Part shown: one piece after another, positions 46,665 to 56,668 of the stretch
How positions within the stretch are numbered: the first letter of the stretch is position 1
Layout: each line of letters opens with the position of its first letter
Assembly: GCA_002923315.1 (NCBI GenBank)
Contig: BEHM01000009.1
Location: 6,571-70,570, forward strand
Origin: a bacterium HR10
GTDB taxonomy: Bacteria > Acidobacteriota > Blastocatellia > HR10
Reading direction: 5' to 3'
Length of the DNA: 64,000 nucleotides
Notes under the pieces: generated by a model
The model's database searches: none
What the model was told of the DNA's origin: nothing
The model's input: only the letters and a program-made list of their open reading frames with translations
Translations under genes and position numbers: made by a program

Positions 46665-48188
46665 ATGCGGAGGGAGAGCGCGATGGAGAGAGAGCGAGTG
46701 AAGGATCAGGCCTCGGGCAAAGAGGACCCCTTGGATGTGCTGCGAGAGGCTCATGCCCTTCTGAAGGAGGGGCATGATGAGGCCCCGCTTCGGGAGACTC
46801 CTTCGGGATCCTCGGTTGGAGCTTCCGAGCGCAGAGGCGTTCGTTCGCGCCTTCTGTGGATCGGTCTGCTCCTGATCCTGGTGCTCATCGGGATCGGTCT
46901 TGGATCTCGATACTACCAGCACCGACGGGCCGTGGAGCCCGGAGGGGGAGCGGGCCTGAATGGGCAGGCGCAGTCAGGGAAGGCCGTCTACTACTGTCCG
47001 ATGCATCCGGAATACACTTCGGAGAAGCCTGGAGAATGCCCCGTGTGCGGGATGACGCTCGTGAAACGGGAGGAGCCCGGTCATCCGCCGGCGCACGAGG
47101 AAGCGCTGCCTCCGGGGACGGTGCGGATCAGCCCCGTCAAGCAACAGCTCATCGGCATCACCTATGGGGAGGTGGCTTTTGAGCCGGTCGTTCACACGAT
47201 CCGAACCGTAGGCAAGGTCACCTATGATGAGACGAAGATCGCGCGCGTTCATGCCAAGATCGAGGGGTGGATCGAAAAGGTCCATGTGGATTATGTGGGG
47301 AAGTTCGTTCGGAAGGGGCAACCGCTTCTGGAGATCTACAGTCCGGAGCTGGTCGCCACGCAACAGGAGCTATTGCTGGCGCTCCGGGCGAAGGAATCGT
47401 TGGGCCGCAGTCCGTATCGCGAGATCGCTTCTGGGGCGCATTCGCTCTACGAGGCGAGTCGGAAGCGATTGGAGCTCTGGGATATTCCGGAGGAGGAGAT
47501 CCAGCGGATTCAACGTCAGGGTGAGCCCCTGCGCACGCTCACGCTCTATGCACCGGTGACCGGATTCGTCCTGGCGCGGAATGCCTTCGAGCGGCAACGG
47601 GTGACGCCGGAGACCGAGCTATACACCATCGCCGATCTCTCGACCGTCTGGGTTCTGGTGGACATGTACGAATATGAGGCGCCGCTTGTCCGGGTCGGGC
47701 AGAAGGCGACGATGACGCTCCCCTATTTCCCCGGGAAGGTCTTTCACGGTCGCGTCGCCTATATCTATCCACAGCTGGACCCAATGACGCGCACGCTGAA
47801 GATTCGCTTGGAATTCCCCAATCCCGGACTCGTGTTGAAGCCGGACATGTACGCCAATGTCGAGCTGCGAATCGAGTACGGTCGGCGGTTGTCCGTCCCG
47901 GAGGAGGCTGTCCTCGATTCCGGCACGGAGCAGATCGTCTTTGTCGCTCGCGAAGGCGGGTATTTCGAGCCGCGTCGCGTTCGCGTGGGGCCGAAGGTGG
48001 CGAACCGGTATATCATCCTCGAGGGCTTGAAGGCCGGAGAGCGAATCGTCACCTCGGGGAACTTTCTCATTGATTCTGAGAGCCGTCTCCAGTCGGCCTT
48101 GCAGGGCATGAGGCAAGGTGGCCATGGAGGGGCGTCGGCTCCCGGTCCATCTCCGGCACCGGGGGGACATTCGGGACATCGCCCGTGA
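46665..48188 (+). CDS. RND efflux periplasmic adaptor (CusB/CzcB-like) with an N-terminal Cys4 heavy-metal-binding domain
   Basis: TM 'LLWIGLLLILVLIGIGLG', 'YYCPMHPEYTSEKPGECPVCGMTLV', then barrel-sandwich/beta-barrel MFP regions ('VHAKIEGWIEKVHV', 'LLEIYSPELVATQQELL'). Confidence 0.88.
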   Translation: MRRESAMERERVKDQASGKEDPLDVLREAHALLKEGHDEAPLRETPSGSSVGASERRGVRSRLLWIGLLLILVLIGIGLGSRYYQHRRAVEPGGGAGLNGQAQSGKAVYYCPMHPEYTSEKPGECPVCGMTLVKREEPGHPPAHEEALPPGTVRISPVKQQLIGITYGEVAFEPVVHTIRTVGKVTYDETKIARVHAKIEGWIEKVHVDYVGKFVRKGQPLLEIYSPELVATQQELLLALRAKESLGRSPYREIASGAHSLYEASRKRLELWDIPEEEIQRIQRQGEPLRTLTLYAPVTGFVLARNAFERQRVTPETELYTIADLSTVWVLVDMYEYEAPLVRVGQKATMTLPYFPGKVFHGRVAYIYPQLDPMTRTLKIRLEFPNPGLVLKPDMYANVELRIEYGRRLSVPEEAVLDSGTEQIVFVAREGGYFEPRRVRVGPKVANRYIILEGLKAGERIVTSGNFLIDSESRLQSALQGMRQGGHGGASAPGPSPAPGGHSGHRP

Positions 48189-48212
48189 GCGGATCGGAGG
48201 ACGGAGGCTCGT

Positions 48213-51200
48213 ATGATCAATCGCCTCATCGAATTTTGCGCGCATCATAAGTTCCTCGTTCTCCTCATAGTTGGCGTGGCCGTCTTGCTCGGTCTCTATG
48301 CGATGAAGAACATCACGCTCGATGCGATCCCGGATCTCTCGGATACGCAGGTGATCATTTACTCGCGGTGGGATCGCAGCCCGGACATCATCGAGGATCA
48401 GGTCACCTATCCGATCATCACGGCGTTGCTCGGGCTACCTCGGGTGAAGGACATTCGCGGCTTCTCGGACTTCGGCTACTCGTACGTCTACGTCATCTTC
48501 GAGGACGGGACGGACCTCTATTGGGCGCGATCGCGGACGCTGGAATACTTGAGCAGCATCCTCCCGAGGCTTCCGGAGGGCGTGCAGGTGGAGTTGGCCA
48601 AGGATGCGACGGCCGTCGGGTGGGTCTTCCAGTACGCTCTGGTGGATACGACGGGGAAGCACAGTCTGGCGCAGCTCCGTTCGATTCAGGACTGGTACCT
48701 GCGGTATGAGCTGCAGGCCGTCCCAGGAGTGGCCGAAGTCGCCCCGGTGGGGGGCTTCGTCCGCCAGTATCAGGTGAACCTCGATCCCAATGCATTGCTC
48801 GCCTACCGGATCCCCCTGGAGCGGGTCGTGGAAGCGATTCGGGAGGGGAACAACGATGTCGGCGGGCGATTGATCGAGTTCTCCGGACGGGAATACATGG
48901 TGCGGGGACGAGGGTATATCCGTTCCGTGCGCGATGTGGAGAACATCGTCGTGGGGGTGAATCCGGAGACGGGCGCGCCCATCCTGGTGAAGCACGTGGG
49001 AACGGTCGCTCTGGGGCCGGACATCCGGCGAGGCATCGCGGAGCTGGATGGCGAGGGGGAGACTGTCGGGGCCATCGTGATCATGCGCTATGGGGAGAAT
49101 GCGCTCAAGGTGATCGAGCGGGTGAAGGCGCGGCTGGCTGAGATCGAACGCACGCTGCCCGAGGGGGTGAAGATCGTCACGACCTACGATCGGTCGGACC
49201 TGATCCTCCGCTCCATCGAGACCTTGAAGCGGACGCTCATCGAAGAGCTGACGATCGTGAGCCTGGTCATTCTCATCTTCCTCTGGCACATCCCGAGCGC
49301 CCTCATTCCGATCCTCACGATCCCGACGGCGGTGATCCTCTCGTTCATCCCCATGTACGCGATGAATATCACGGCCAATATCATGTCGCTGGGGGGGATC
49401 GCCATCGCCATCGGCGCCATGGTGGATGCCGCCATCGTCGTCGTCGAGCAGACGCACAAGAAGCTCGAGCATTGGGAGGCGGAGGGGCGGCCGGGCGATT
49501 TTCGGGATGTCGTCATCGCCGCCGTCAAGGAGGTCGGCGGGCCGAGCTTCTTCGCCCTGTTGGTGATCGCGGTCTCCTTCATGCCCATCTTCGCTCTGGA
49601 GGCCCAGGAGGGGCGACTCTTCAAGCCGCTCGCCTTCACGAAGAACTTCTCCATGGCCATCGCGGCCGTCCTGGCCATCACACTCGATCCGGCCATTCGA
49701 TTGCTCTTCACGCGCGCGCGGGAGTTCGATTTCCGTCCCCGCTGGCTCTGCCGGCTGGCCAATGCCATCCTCGTGGGGAAGATCCACAGCGAGGAGAAGC
49801 ATCCTATCAGCCGCCCGTTGATGCGGGTGTATGAACCCGTCGTGCACTTCGTCCTGCGCCATCCGTATGCGACGATCGCCAGCGCCCTGCTCATCGTGGC
49901 GCTCACTGTCCCGATCTACTTCCGGCTCGGTTCGGAGTTCATGCCGCCTTTGGACGAGGGCGTTCTCCTCTACATGCCGACGACGCTGCCGGGCATCTCG
50001 GTGACCGAGGCCGCGCGGCTGCTTCAGGTTCAGGACAAGATCCTGAAGTCGTTCCCCGAGGTGGAGCGCGTCTTCGGCAAAGTGGGGAGAGCGGAGACGG
50101 CTACGGATCCGGCGCCCTTCTCGATGGTGGAGACCGTCGTGGTGCTCAAGCCTCCCGATCAATGGCCGAAGGTGAAGCGTTGGTATTCCGATTGGGCGCC
50201 GCCGTGGATGCAGAGGGTTCTTCGGCGCATTTGGCCCGATCGTCGGACGACCGAGGAGTTGATCTACGGTCCGGGGGGATTGAACGAAGCTCTGCAGCTG
50301 CCGGGCGTCGTCAATGCCTGGACGATGCCAATCAAGGCGCGCATTGACATGCTCACGACCGGCGTGCGGACGCCCGTGGGCATCAAGATCCTCGGCGATG
50401 ATTTGAACAAGATCCAGGAGATCGGCGAGCACATCGAGCGCGTGCTCCGCGATGTCCCCGGGACGACGAGCGTCTTCGCCGAGCGCACGGCCGGCGGGTA
50501 CTTCCTGGACTTCGCCCTCAAGCGCGAGGAGCTGGCCCGCTACGGCCTCACGATCGGTCAGGCGCAGATGGTCATCATGTCGGCCATCGGCGGGGAGAAC
50601 ATCACCATGACGGTCGAGGGGCGGGAGCGCTATCCGGTCAACGTTCGCTACCTGCGCGACTACCGGAGCACGCTCGATCGGTTGAGCCGCGTCCTCGTGC
50701 CTACGCCCACAGGCGCCCAGATCCCGATCGCCCAGATCGCTGAGATCCGGCTCGCTTACGGTCCCGGGATGATCCGGGATGAGAATGGCCGATTGAGCGG
50801 CTATGTCTACGTGGATGTCTCCGGGCGCGATATCGGGGGGTATGTGGAGGAAGCCAAGCGCCTCGTCCGGGAGAAGGTCCCACTGCCGCCCGGATACACG
50901 CTGGTCTGGAGTGGCCAGTATGAGTACATGCAGCGCGTGAAAGAGCGGTTGGCGATCGTGGTCCCGATCACCCTCTTCATCATCTTTCTGTTGCTGTACG
51001 GCAATACCGGTTCAGTGGCCAAGACGCTCATCATCTTTCTGGCTGTGCCCTTCTCGGCGGTCGGCGCGATCTGGCTGCTCTATCTGCTCGACTACAATCT
51101 GAGCATCGCCGTGTGGGTGGGATTGATCGCCTTATTGGGCGTGGATGCTGAGACGGGCGTGTTCATGCTGCTCTATCTCGATCTGGCCTATCAGGAGATG

Positions 51201-51491
51201 CGTTCAAAGGGCATGATGAAGACGCGGGAGCATCTGCATGAGGCCATCGTGCACGGGGCCGTCAAACGATTGCGTCCGAAATTCATGACGGTGGCTACGA
51301 TGTTCATGGGATTGGTTCCCATCATGTGGTCCACCGGTGCTGGGGCGGACGTGATGAAGCGGATCGCGGCGCCGATGATCGGCGGCATCTTCACTTCGTT
51401 CCTCATGGAGCTCGTGGTCTATCCGGCCATCTACGATCTGTGGCGCTGGCATTTTCACGTGAAGAAGGAGGCGCGGGCAGCCGGAGCGTGA
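48213..51491 (+). CDS. CusA/CzcA-family heavy-metal RND efflux pump
   Basis: 1092 aa. 'MINRLIEFCAHHKFLVLLIVGV', 'DAIPDLSDTQVIIYS', 12-TM RND architecture. Confidence 0.92.
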   Translation: MINRLIEFCAHHKFLVLLIVGVAVLLGLYAMKNITLDAIPDLSDTQVIIYSRWDRSPDIIEDQVTYPIITALLGLPRVKDIRGFSDFGYSYVYVIFEDGTDLYWARSRTLEYLSSILPRLPEGVQVELAKDATAVGWVFQYALVDTTGKHSLAQLRSIQDWYLRYELQAVPGVAEVAPVGGFVRQYQVNLDPNALLAYRIPLERVVEAIREGNNDVGGRLIEFSGREYMVRGRGYIRSVRDVENIVVGVNPETGAPILVKHVGTVALGPDIRRGIAELDGEGETVGAIVIMRYGENALKVIERVKARLAEIERTLPEGVKIVTTYDRSDLILRSIETLKRTLIEELTIVSLVILIFLWHIPSALIPILTIPTAVILSFIPMYAMNITANIMSLGGIAIAIGAMVDAAIVVVEQTHKKLEHWEAEGRPGDFRDVVIAAVKEVGGPSFFALLVIAVSFMPIFALEAQEGRLFKPLAFTKNFSMAIAAVLAITLDPAIRLLFTRAREFDFRPRWLCRLANAILVGKIHSEEKHPISRPLMRVYEPVVHFVLRHPYATIASALLIVALTVPIYFRLGSEFMPPLDEGVLLYMPTTLPGISVTEAARLLQVQDKILKSFPEVERVFGKVGRAETATDPAPFSMVETVVVLKPPDQWPKVKRWYSDWAPPWMQRVLRRIWPDRRTTEELIYGPGGLNEALQLPGVVNAWTMPIKARIDMLTTGVRTPVGIKILGDDLNKIQEIGEHIERVLRDVPGTTSVFAERTAGGYFLDFALKREELARYGLTIGQAQMVIMSAIGGENITMTVEGRERYPVNVRYLRDYRSTLDRLSRVLVPTPTGAQIPIAQIAEIRLAYGPGMIRDENGRLSGYVYVDVSGRDIGGYVEEAKRLVREKVPLPPGYTLVWSGQYEYMQRVKERLAIVVPITLFIIFLLLYGNTGSVAKTLIIFLAVPFSAVGAIWLLYLLDYNLSIAVWVGLIALLGVDAETGVFMLLYLDLAYQEMRSKGMMKTREHLHEAIVHGAVKRLRPKFMTVATMFMGLVPIMWSTGAGADVMKRIAAPMIGGIFTSFLMELVVYPAIYDLWRWHFHVKKEARAAGA

Positions 51492-52792
51492 TGAGCGGTA
51501 TGGGGGTCCGACGCGTGGAGGAGGGACTTCGCTTCGGATCGGGCGCGGGGAGCCAAGCGGGGAGATCCGCGTGGTGCGCGCTGCTCCCCTTGGGGATCGG
51601 TGTCGTCCTGGGGCCGACGGGCTTGGGGTGGCTTCACCCATTTGTTCTGCCGGGGGGATGGGAGGTCGGCGATAGAGGTTGGCCGCGCGCGGCAATCGCG
51701 GGGATGGCGGAATTGGGGTTGGTGCAGATCATTTTCCTCGCCGGAGCGCGCGACGGACGAGAGTCCTGGAGATGGAGGGCGCTCTTGCGTCTGGCCGCGA
51801 GTCATTTCGCCTTCGGGGCGGGAAGCCTTCTGGTCGTGGCGCTTGCGCTCGGTGTCGAAGGCGCGGCGGCCTGCGCCATCGCCGGCGTGCTCTCGACGGC
51901 GAGCTTTGTGCTCTCGCCCTTTGGCTCGGTGTGGGCGAGAAGGGAGGAGCCGAGGGCGGCCGATCCGGCATCCGTGCTGGCCGTTCTCGGAGCGCTTCTG
52001 GTTCTCATCGCCGTGGGATGGGAGTGGACGTCGAGCTCCGGCGCCCATCTGGCTGCAATCGGCGTCGGACTCTACATCGTGAAGACGGGACTGGTGGTCG
52101 GAATCGCCGATCGGATCTTGGCGTGGTATGTGATGCGTGTGGAGAGGTGGGCGAGAGTCGAGCGGAGAGTCGGCGCGGGTTCCGGGATCGAACTTCGCCA
52201 CCAGGCGTTTGTGGGCTTCCTCATTCTGTTTGCGATCTTCTACGGATGGGCGGCCTGGCGGGTCGGGCCTCTCGCGGCGATGGGCGTGGCCTATCTGGGA
52301 GGGAGGCGATTTGGCCGTTCGCTCTTTCGGAACAAAAGCGCGATGGGTGCTTTCCCCTGGCTGGCTCGGCTTCCGGTCGGGGCGCTCTTCCTGGCGTTGG
52401 GGGCGACCCTCGATGCGCGAGCGCTCGGCCAGAGGATCGGGGAATTCCTCGCGCTTCTTGGAGGCGGAGCGATCGGGAAGGCTCTCGGTCTGCTCGCCAC
52501 CGCGCGGTGGATGCGATCGAGCGACTTGACGGACGTCCCTTGCGATTCGGAAGGTCGCGCGAGGGCGAGAAGTCGCCGCGCGCTCGACATGCCTTGGGGC
52601 GGAGAGATCGGCTGGGTCCTGGCGGGATTCGCCTTCTCTCGAGGCGTCATCTCACCTGAGGTGCTGTCTGTGGTTCTTGGGATCATCGGCTCGACGACGC
52701 TCGGTGCGCTCCTCTTCAGAGGAGGGGAAGCCCGGGTGGGTGACGGCGCCACGCCGAATTCTTTACGAGGAGGGAGACGGTGGGGAGAGTGA
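51491..52792 (+). CDS. divergent cation:proton-antiporter-like (CPA2/Kef-like) polytopic membrane protein
   Basis: ATG 51491 overlaps the cusA stop (TGATG). 'LLPLGIGVVLGPTGLGWL' and 'MAELGLVQIIFLAGAR' resemble the first CPA TM helices, and there are multiple further hydrophobic helices. The track's 51326 start lies inside cusA. Confidence 0.5.
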   Translation: MSGMGVRRVEEGLRFGSGAGSQAGRSAWCALLPLGIGVVLGPTGLGWLHPFVLPGGWEVGDRGWPRAAIAGMAELGLVQIIFLAGARDGRESWRWRALLRLAASHFAFGAGSLLVVALALGVEGAAACAIAGVLSTASFVLSPFGSVWARREEPRAADPASVLAVLGALLVLIAVGWEWTSSSGAHLAAIGVGLYIVKTGLVVGIADRILAWYVMRVERWARVERRVGAGSGIELRHQAFVGFLILFAIFYGWAAWRVGPLAAMGVAYLGGRRFGRSLFRNKSAMGAFPWLARLPVGALFLALGATLDARALGQRIGEFLALLGGGAIGKALGLLATARWMRSSDLTDVPCDSEGRARARSRRALDMPWGGEIGWVLAGFAFSRGVISPEVLSVVLGIIGSTTLGALLFRGGEARVGDGATPNSLRGGRRWGE

Positions 52793-53490
52793 TGGGGGTC
52801 TTCTTCATCTCGGTCTTCGCAACGGGGGTCCGAAGCGGCCTCGCTCAGGAGTTTCGCATCCCCGTTCGACACGATCACGCTCTGAGGTCTTGCCGGGGTG
52901 AGCTGGTGATCACTGGCGAGGAGATCGTGTATCAAACGGCGCACCGGCACCATGCGCGCCGATGGCGATTCTCGGAGATTCAGATGCTCACGGTCGCCTC
53001 GCGCACGGAGCTGATCATCCTCACGTACGAATCCGGCCGATGGACATTCGGGCGGGATCGCGCCTTCCGATTCCGGGTTGCGGAAGGAGAGCTTTCGCCG
53101 GAGGTGGGGGCGTTTCTCCTCTCGAGGATTGAGCGGCCCATGGCGATGACCCTCGCCGCCCCTTGGCGGGAGCCCCTGCAGGAGCTGGCCGTACGCCACC
53201 GCCATCGTTTCGGGGGATGCCAGGGGGTGCTTCGCCTTCATCCGGAAGGCGTGGCCTACGTCTCATCGGATCAGCCGCGGGATTCCCGCTTTTGGCGGTG
53301 GTCGGATATTCAGGGGATCGGTCGGCTCGGCCCTCATCAGTTCGAGGTCACAACGTATGAGCCGGAGTTCGGCGGGCCCACGCGCACCTATGTGTTCGAT
53401 CTGAAAACGGGCCTGTCGAACGAGGCGTACGATTTCATCTGGGAAAGGGTCTATCGTACGACGCCTCATGCGACCGGGGGGCTTCGCTGA
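52792..53490 (+). CDS. hypothetical periplasmic protein made of two tandem homologous domains, each with a VRHxH...C.G motif
   Basis: ATG 52792 overlaps the upstream stop (TGATG). Signal-like 'MGVFFISVFATGVRSGLA'. The internal repeat aligns 'VRHDHALRSCRGELV...WRFSEIQ...LTYE' with 'VRHRHRFGGCQGVLR...WRWSDIQ...TTYE'. Confidence 0.6.
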   Translation: MGVFFISVFATGVRSGLAQEFRIPVRHDHALRSCRGELVITGEEIVYQTAHRHHARRWRFSEIQMLTVASRTELIILTYESGRWTFGRDRAFRFRVAEGELSPEVGAFLLSRIERPMAMTLAAPWREPLQELAVRHRHRFGGCQGVLRLHPEGVAYVSSDQPRDSRFWRWSDIQGIGRLGPHQFEVTTYEPEFGGPTRTYVFDLKTGLSNEAYDFIWERVYRTTPHATGGLR

Positions 53491-53570
53491 AGGGGTTCCC
53501 GTATGGGGCGTTCGGGCGAGCGCCTTCGCCTGAGAGCGAAGGTGAAATCCCGTTGATCTGGAGGAGGGAG

Positions 53571-53951
53571 ATGAAGACCATCTGGTCGCTTCTCAGCATC
53601 GTGTTCATCGTCGGCGTGAGCGTGTGGGCTCAGCACGCGCATCCGTCGGGGACCACTCGCGAGACGACGATCGTGGGAGAAGTGATTGATCCGGTGTGTT
53701 ATCTCAGCCACGGGTCTACGGGAAAAGCGCATCGCAAGTGCGCCGAGTATTGCGTGCGGCAGGGGATTCCCCTCGGCATTTTGGAGGAGAAGACGGGGCG
53801 GGTGTACCTCTCGCTTCCCGTGGATCATTCCAATCCGAACGCGAAGCTGAAGGATTTCATCGCCGAGAAGGTGAGGGTGACGGGGACGGTCTACAGTAAG
53901 GGCGGGCTCACGGGCATCCACGTGAAGCGCGTCGAGCGAGTGGGGACATAG
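53571..53951 (+). CDS. hypothetical small periplasmic Cys/His-containing protein
   Basis: ATG 53571 follows GGAGGAGGGAG. Signal '[20 protein letters not shown]'. 'QHAHPSG', '[22 protein letters not shown]'. Confidence 0.6.
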   Translation: MKTIWSLLSIVFIVGVSVWAQHAHPSGTTRETTIVGEVIDPVCYLSHGSTGKAHRKCAEYCVRQGIPLGILEEKTGRVYLSLPVDHSNPNAKLKDFIAEKVRVTGTVYSKGGLTGIHVKRVERVGT

Positions 53952-54103
53952 GGGTCTCAATTTGCCCGGAGCTCAGCGTAGACGCGCCTGACTGTGGATG
54001 GGGTGTCCCCGCGAGGGCATCGCTCGGGAGGGGTTTCGTTTTCATCGAGCGCGGGGGACAATATAGTCTTCGCGCGAAGCCAGAGCGAGTGGGAGGAGGA
54101 CAT

Positions 54104-56560
54104 ATGCACGACATTAAGGGCGCGCAGTCAGGAGCCGGAGCCTCGGTGACGGATCCGGTATGTGGGATGGTGGTGAGCCCGGAGCGGGCGGCGGGCTCGC
54201 TCGAATACGAGGGGCGAACGTACTTCTTCTGCTGCGAACACTGCTTGGAGAAGTTCCGCGCGGAGCCAGGACGATACGTGGGTCGCGCCGAGCAACGACT
54301 TACGCTTCGGCGCCTCCGCCGGGAGCCGGAGCTGTCCCCCGCAGCAGAAGGTGAGTATGCATGTCCTATGCACGCGGGGGTGCGGCAGGCGCAGCCGGGA
54401 ACGTGTCCGGAATGTGGGATGGCTTTGGAGCCATTCTTACCCTCGGTGTGGGAGTACACGTGTCCGATGCACCCGGAAGTGGTGCGACGGGAACCCGGAG
54501 CCTGTCCGATCTGTGGGATGGCCTTAGAGCCGAAGCTCGCGCTCGGCCAGGAGCCTCCCCAACCGGAGCTTGTGGACATGAGCCGCCGATTTTGGATCAG
54601 CGCGGTGCTGACGGCACCGATCCTGCTCTTGGCCATGTCCGATCTGATCGGGGGAATCCGCGGCCTGCCGGCCCACTGGCTCAACGGGATTCAACTCGTC
54701 CTCGCCACGCCGGTCGTCCTCTGGGGGGGATGGCCGTTCTTCCATCGCGCGTGGATGTCGGTGAAGCACCGACGACCGAATATGTTCACGTTGATCGCCA
54801 TGGGCACGGGAGCCGCTTATCTCTACAGCGTGATTGCGGCGCTCTTTCCCGGCCTTTTCCCATCCTCATTTCGCGGCCCGCAGGGTGAGGTCGCCGTCTA
54901 TTTCGAAGCGGCGGCCGTCATCACGACGCTTGTCCTGCTGGGGCAGGTGTTAGAATTGCGAGGTCGCCGCCGGACGGGTGACGCGATTCGAGCTTTGCTC
55001 GGTTTGGCGCCACGGACAGCTCGGGTGATTCGCGATGATGGGAGAGAGAAAGACGTTCCCCTGGAGCGCGTGCGTGTAGGCGATCGCCTGCGGGTTCGTC
55101 CGGGAGAGCGCATCCCTGTGGATGGCGTTGTGCTCGAAGGCACGAGCTTCGTGGATGAATCCATGGTGACGGGCGAACCGATGCCGGTGGAGAAGGGGCC
55201 CGGGAGTTGGGTCATCGGAGGGACGGTCAACGGGACGGGCAGCTTCCTGATGCGCGCCGAGCGCGTCGGTCATGAGATGCTCTTGCAGCAGATCGTGCGC
55301 CTGGTGAGCGAGGCGCAGCGCAGTCGGGCGCCGATCCAGCAGTTGGCCGATCGGGTGTCGGCGTACTTCGTCCCCGCGGTCATTTTCGTGGCGGCGATCA
55401 CGTTCCTGGTCTGGAGCGTCGTGGGTCCGGAGCCGCGTCTGGCGCATGCGCTGGTGAATGCCGTCGCCGTCTTGATCATCGCGTGTCCGTGCGCTTTGGG
55501 GCTCGCCACGCCGATGGCGATCATGGTGGGGACGGGCCGGGGCGCTCTGGCCGGCGTGCTCGTGCGCAACGCCGAGGCCCTGGAGCTGTTGGAGAAGGTG
55601 GACACGCTCGTCCTCGATAAGACGGGTACGCTTACGGAAGGGCGACCGCACGTGACCTCCATCGTCGCGTTAGCGGAGTTGACCGAGGCCGAGGTGCTTC
55701 GCTTCGCCGCGAGCCTGGAGCGGGGGAGTGAGCATCCCATAGCGCATGCCGTGCTTGAGGCCGCCAAACGAAAGGGGATCTCGCTGGCCGAAGTGCGGGA
55801 CTTTCGATCGCTCCCAGGGCAGGGAGCGCAAGGGATGGTTGATGGACATACGGTGGCCATCGGAAACGAGCACCTCGTCGAAGAGCTCGGTCTGGAGACC
55901 GAGGCCGATATGGTGCGTCCTCAAGTCGAAGCCATGCGACGCCTTGGGCAAACGGTGCTGTTCGTCATCGTGGATAGGAAGCTCGTCGGGCTGCTGGGGG
56001 TCGCCGATCCCATCAAGGAATCGGCGCGCGAGGCTATTGCGGCGCTGCGTCGAGAGAGACTGCGCATTGTGATGGTCACGGGCGATCATCGCCAGACGGC
56101 CGAAGCAGTGGCTCGTGAATTAGGGATTGATGAGGTGATCGCCGAGGTGATGCCCGAGCAGAAGGCCGATGTGGTGCGGCGTTTGAAGGCCGAAGGTCGC
56201 TGCGTGGCGATGGCCGGGGATGGCGTGAATGATGCGCCCGCACTCGCCGAAGCCCATGTGGGCATCGCCATGGGGACGGGGACGGACGTCGCCATCGAGA
56301 GTGCGGCCATTGTGCTCGTGAAAGGGGACGTGCGCGGGATCGTGCGCGCTCGGCGGCTCAGTCGGGCGACGATGCGGAACATCCGGCAGAATCTCTTCTT
56401 CGCCTTTGTGTATAACCTGCTCGGCGTGCCCATTGCGGCCGGCATCTTCTATCCGATCTTCGGACTCTTGCTGAGTCCGATGATCGCCGCGGTGGCGATG
56501 ACATTCAGCTCGGTCTCGGTCGTCACGAACGCTTTGCGTCTGCACCGGCTCGCCTTGTGA
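54104..56560 (+). CDS. copA: heavy-metal (Cu/Ag-type) P1B-type ATPase with non-classical N-terminal metal-binding modules
   Basis: ATG 54104 follows GGGAGGAGGA. TRASH/YHS-like '[11 protein letters not shown]...[12 protein letters not shown]'. Two Cys4 modules, '[25 protein letters not shown]' and '[25 protein letters not shown]'. '[11 protein letters not shown]', '[11 protein letters not shown]', '[10 protein letters not shown]'. Confidence 0.92.
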   Translation: MHDIKGAQSGAGASVTDPVCGMVVSPERAAGSLEYEGRTYFFCCEHCLEKFRAEPGRYVGRAEQRLTLRRLRREPELSPAAEGEYACPMHAGVRQAQPGTCPECGMALEPFLPSVWEYTCPMHPEVVRREPGACPICGMALEPKLALGQEPPQPELVDMSRRFWISAVLTAPILLLAMSDLIGGIRGLPAHWLNGIQLVLATPVVLWGGWPFFHRAWMSVKHRRPNMFTLIAMGTGAAYLYSVIAALFPGLFPSSFRGPQGEVAVYFEAAAVITTLVLLGQVLELRGRRRTGDAIRALLGLAPRTARVIRDDGREKDVPLERVRVGDRLRVRPGERIPVDGVVLEGTSFVDESMVTGEPMPVEKGPGSWVIGGTVNGTGSFLMRAERVGHEMLLQQIVRLVSEAQRSRAPIQQLADRVSAYFVPAVIFVAAITFLVWSVVGPEPRLAHALVNAVAVLIIACPCALGLATPMAIMVGTGRGALAGVLVRNAEALELLEKVDTLVLDKTGTLTEGRPHVTSIVALAELTEAEVLRFAASLERGSEHPIAHAVLEAAKRKGISLAEVRDFRSLPGQGAQGMVDGHTVAIGNEHLVEELGLETEADMVRPQVEAMRRLGQTVLFVIVDRKLVGLLGVADPIKESAREAIAALRRERLRIVMVTGDHRQTAEAVARELGIDEVIAEVMPEQKADVVRRLKAEGRCVAMAGDGVNDAPALAEAHVGIAMGTGTDVAIESAAIVLVKGDVRGIVRARRLSRATMRNIRQNLFFAFVYNLLGVPIAAGIFYPIFGLLLSPMIAAVAMTFSSVSVVTNALRLHRLAL

Positions 56561-56627
56561 TGATTCAAACGGGGGTCGTGGAAGATTGGTTTGCGGGTCG
56601 CAGAGCGGCGTGGTGGCATGGAAGTGA

Positions 56628-56650
56628 GGGGCGGACCGAGAGCCCGCCCC
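56628..56650. terminator. GC-rich hairpin between convergent copA and hup (bidirectional terminator candidate)
   Basis: GGGGCGG-accgagagc-CCGCCCC. Confidence 0.45.
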
Positions 56651-56668
56651 CCCTTATTCAGGGTGAAG

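Noticed and set aside
51326-51490. The 5' part of ORF 51326-52792 overlapping the end of cusA.
   Set aside because: It lies inside the cusA coding frame region. The ATG at 51491 overlapping the cusA stop gives a sensible membrane-protein N-terminus.
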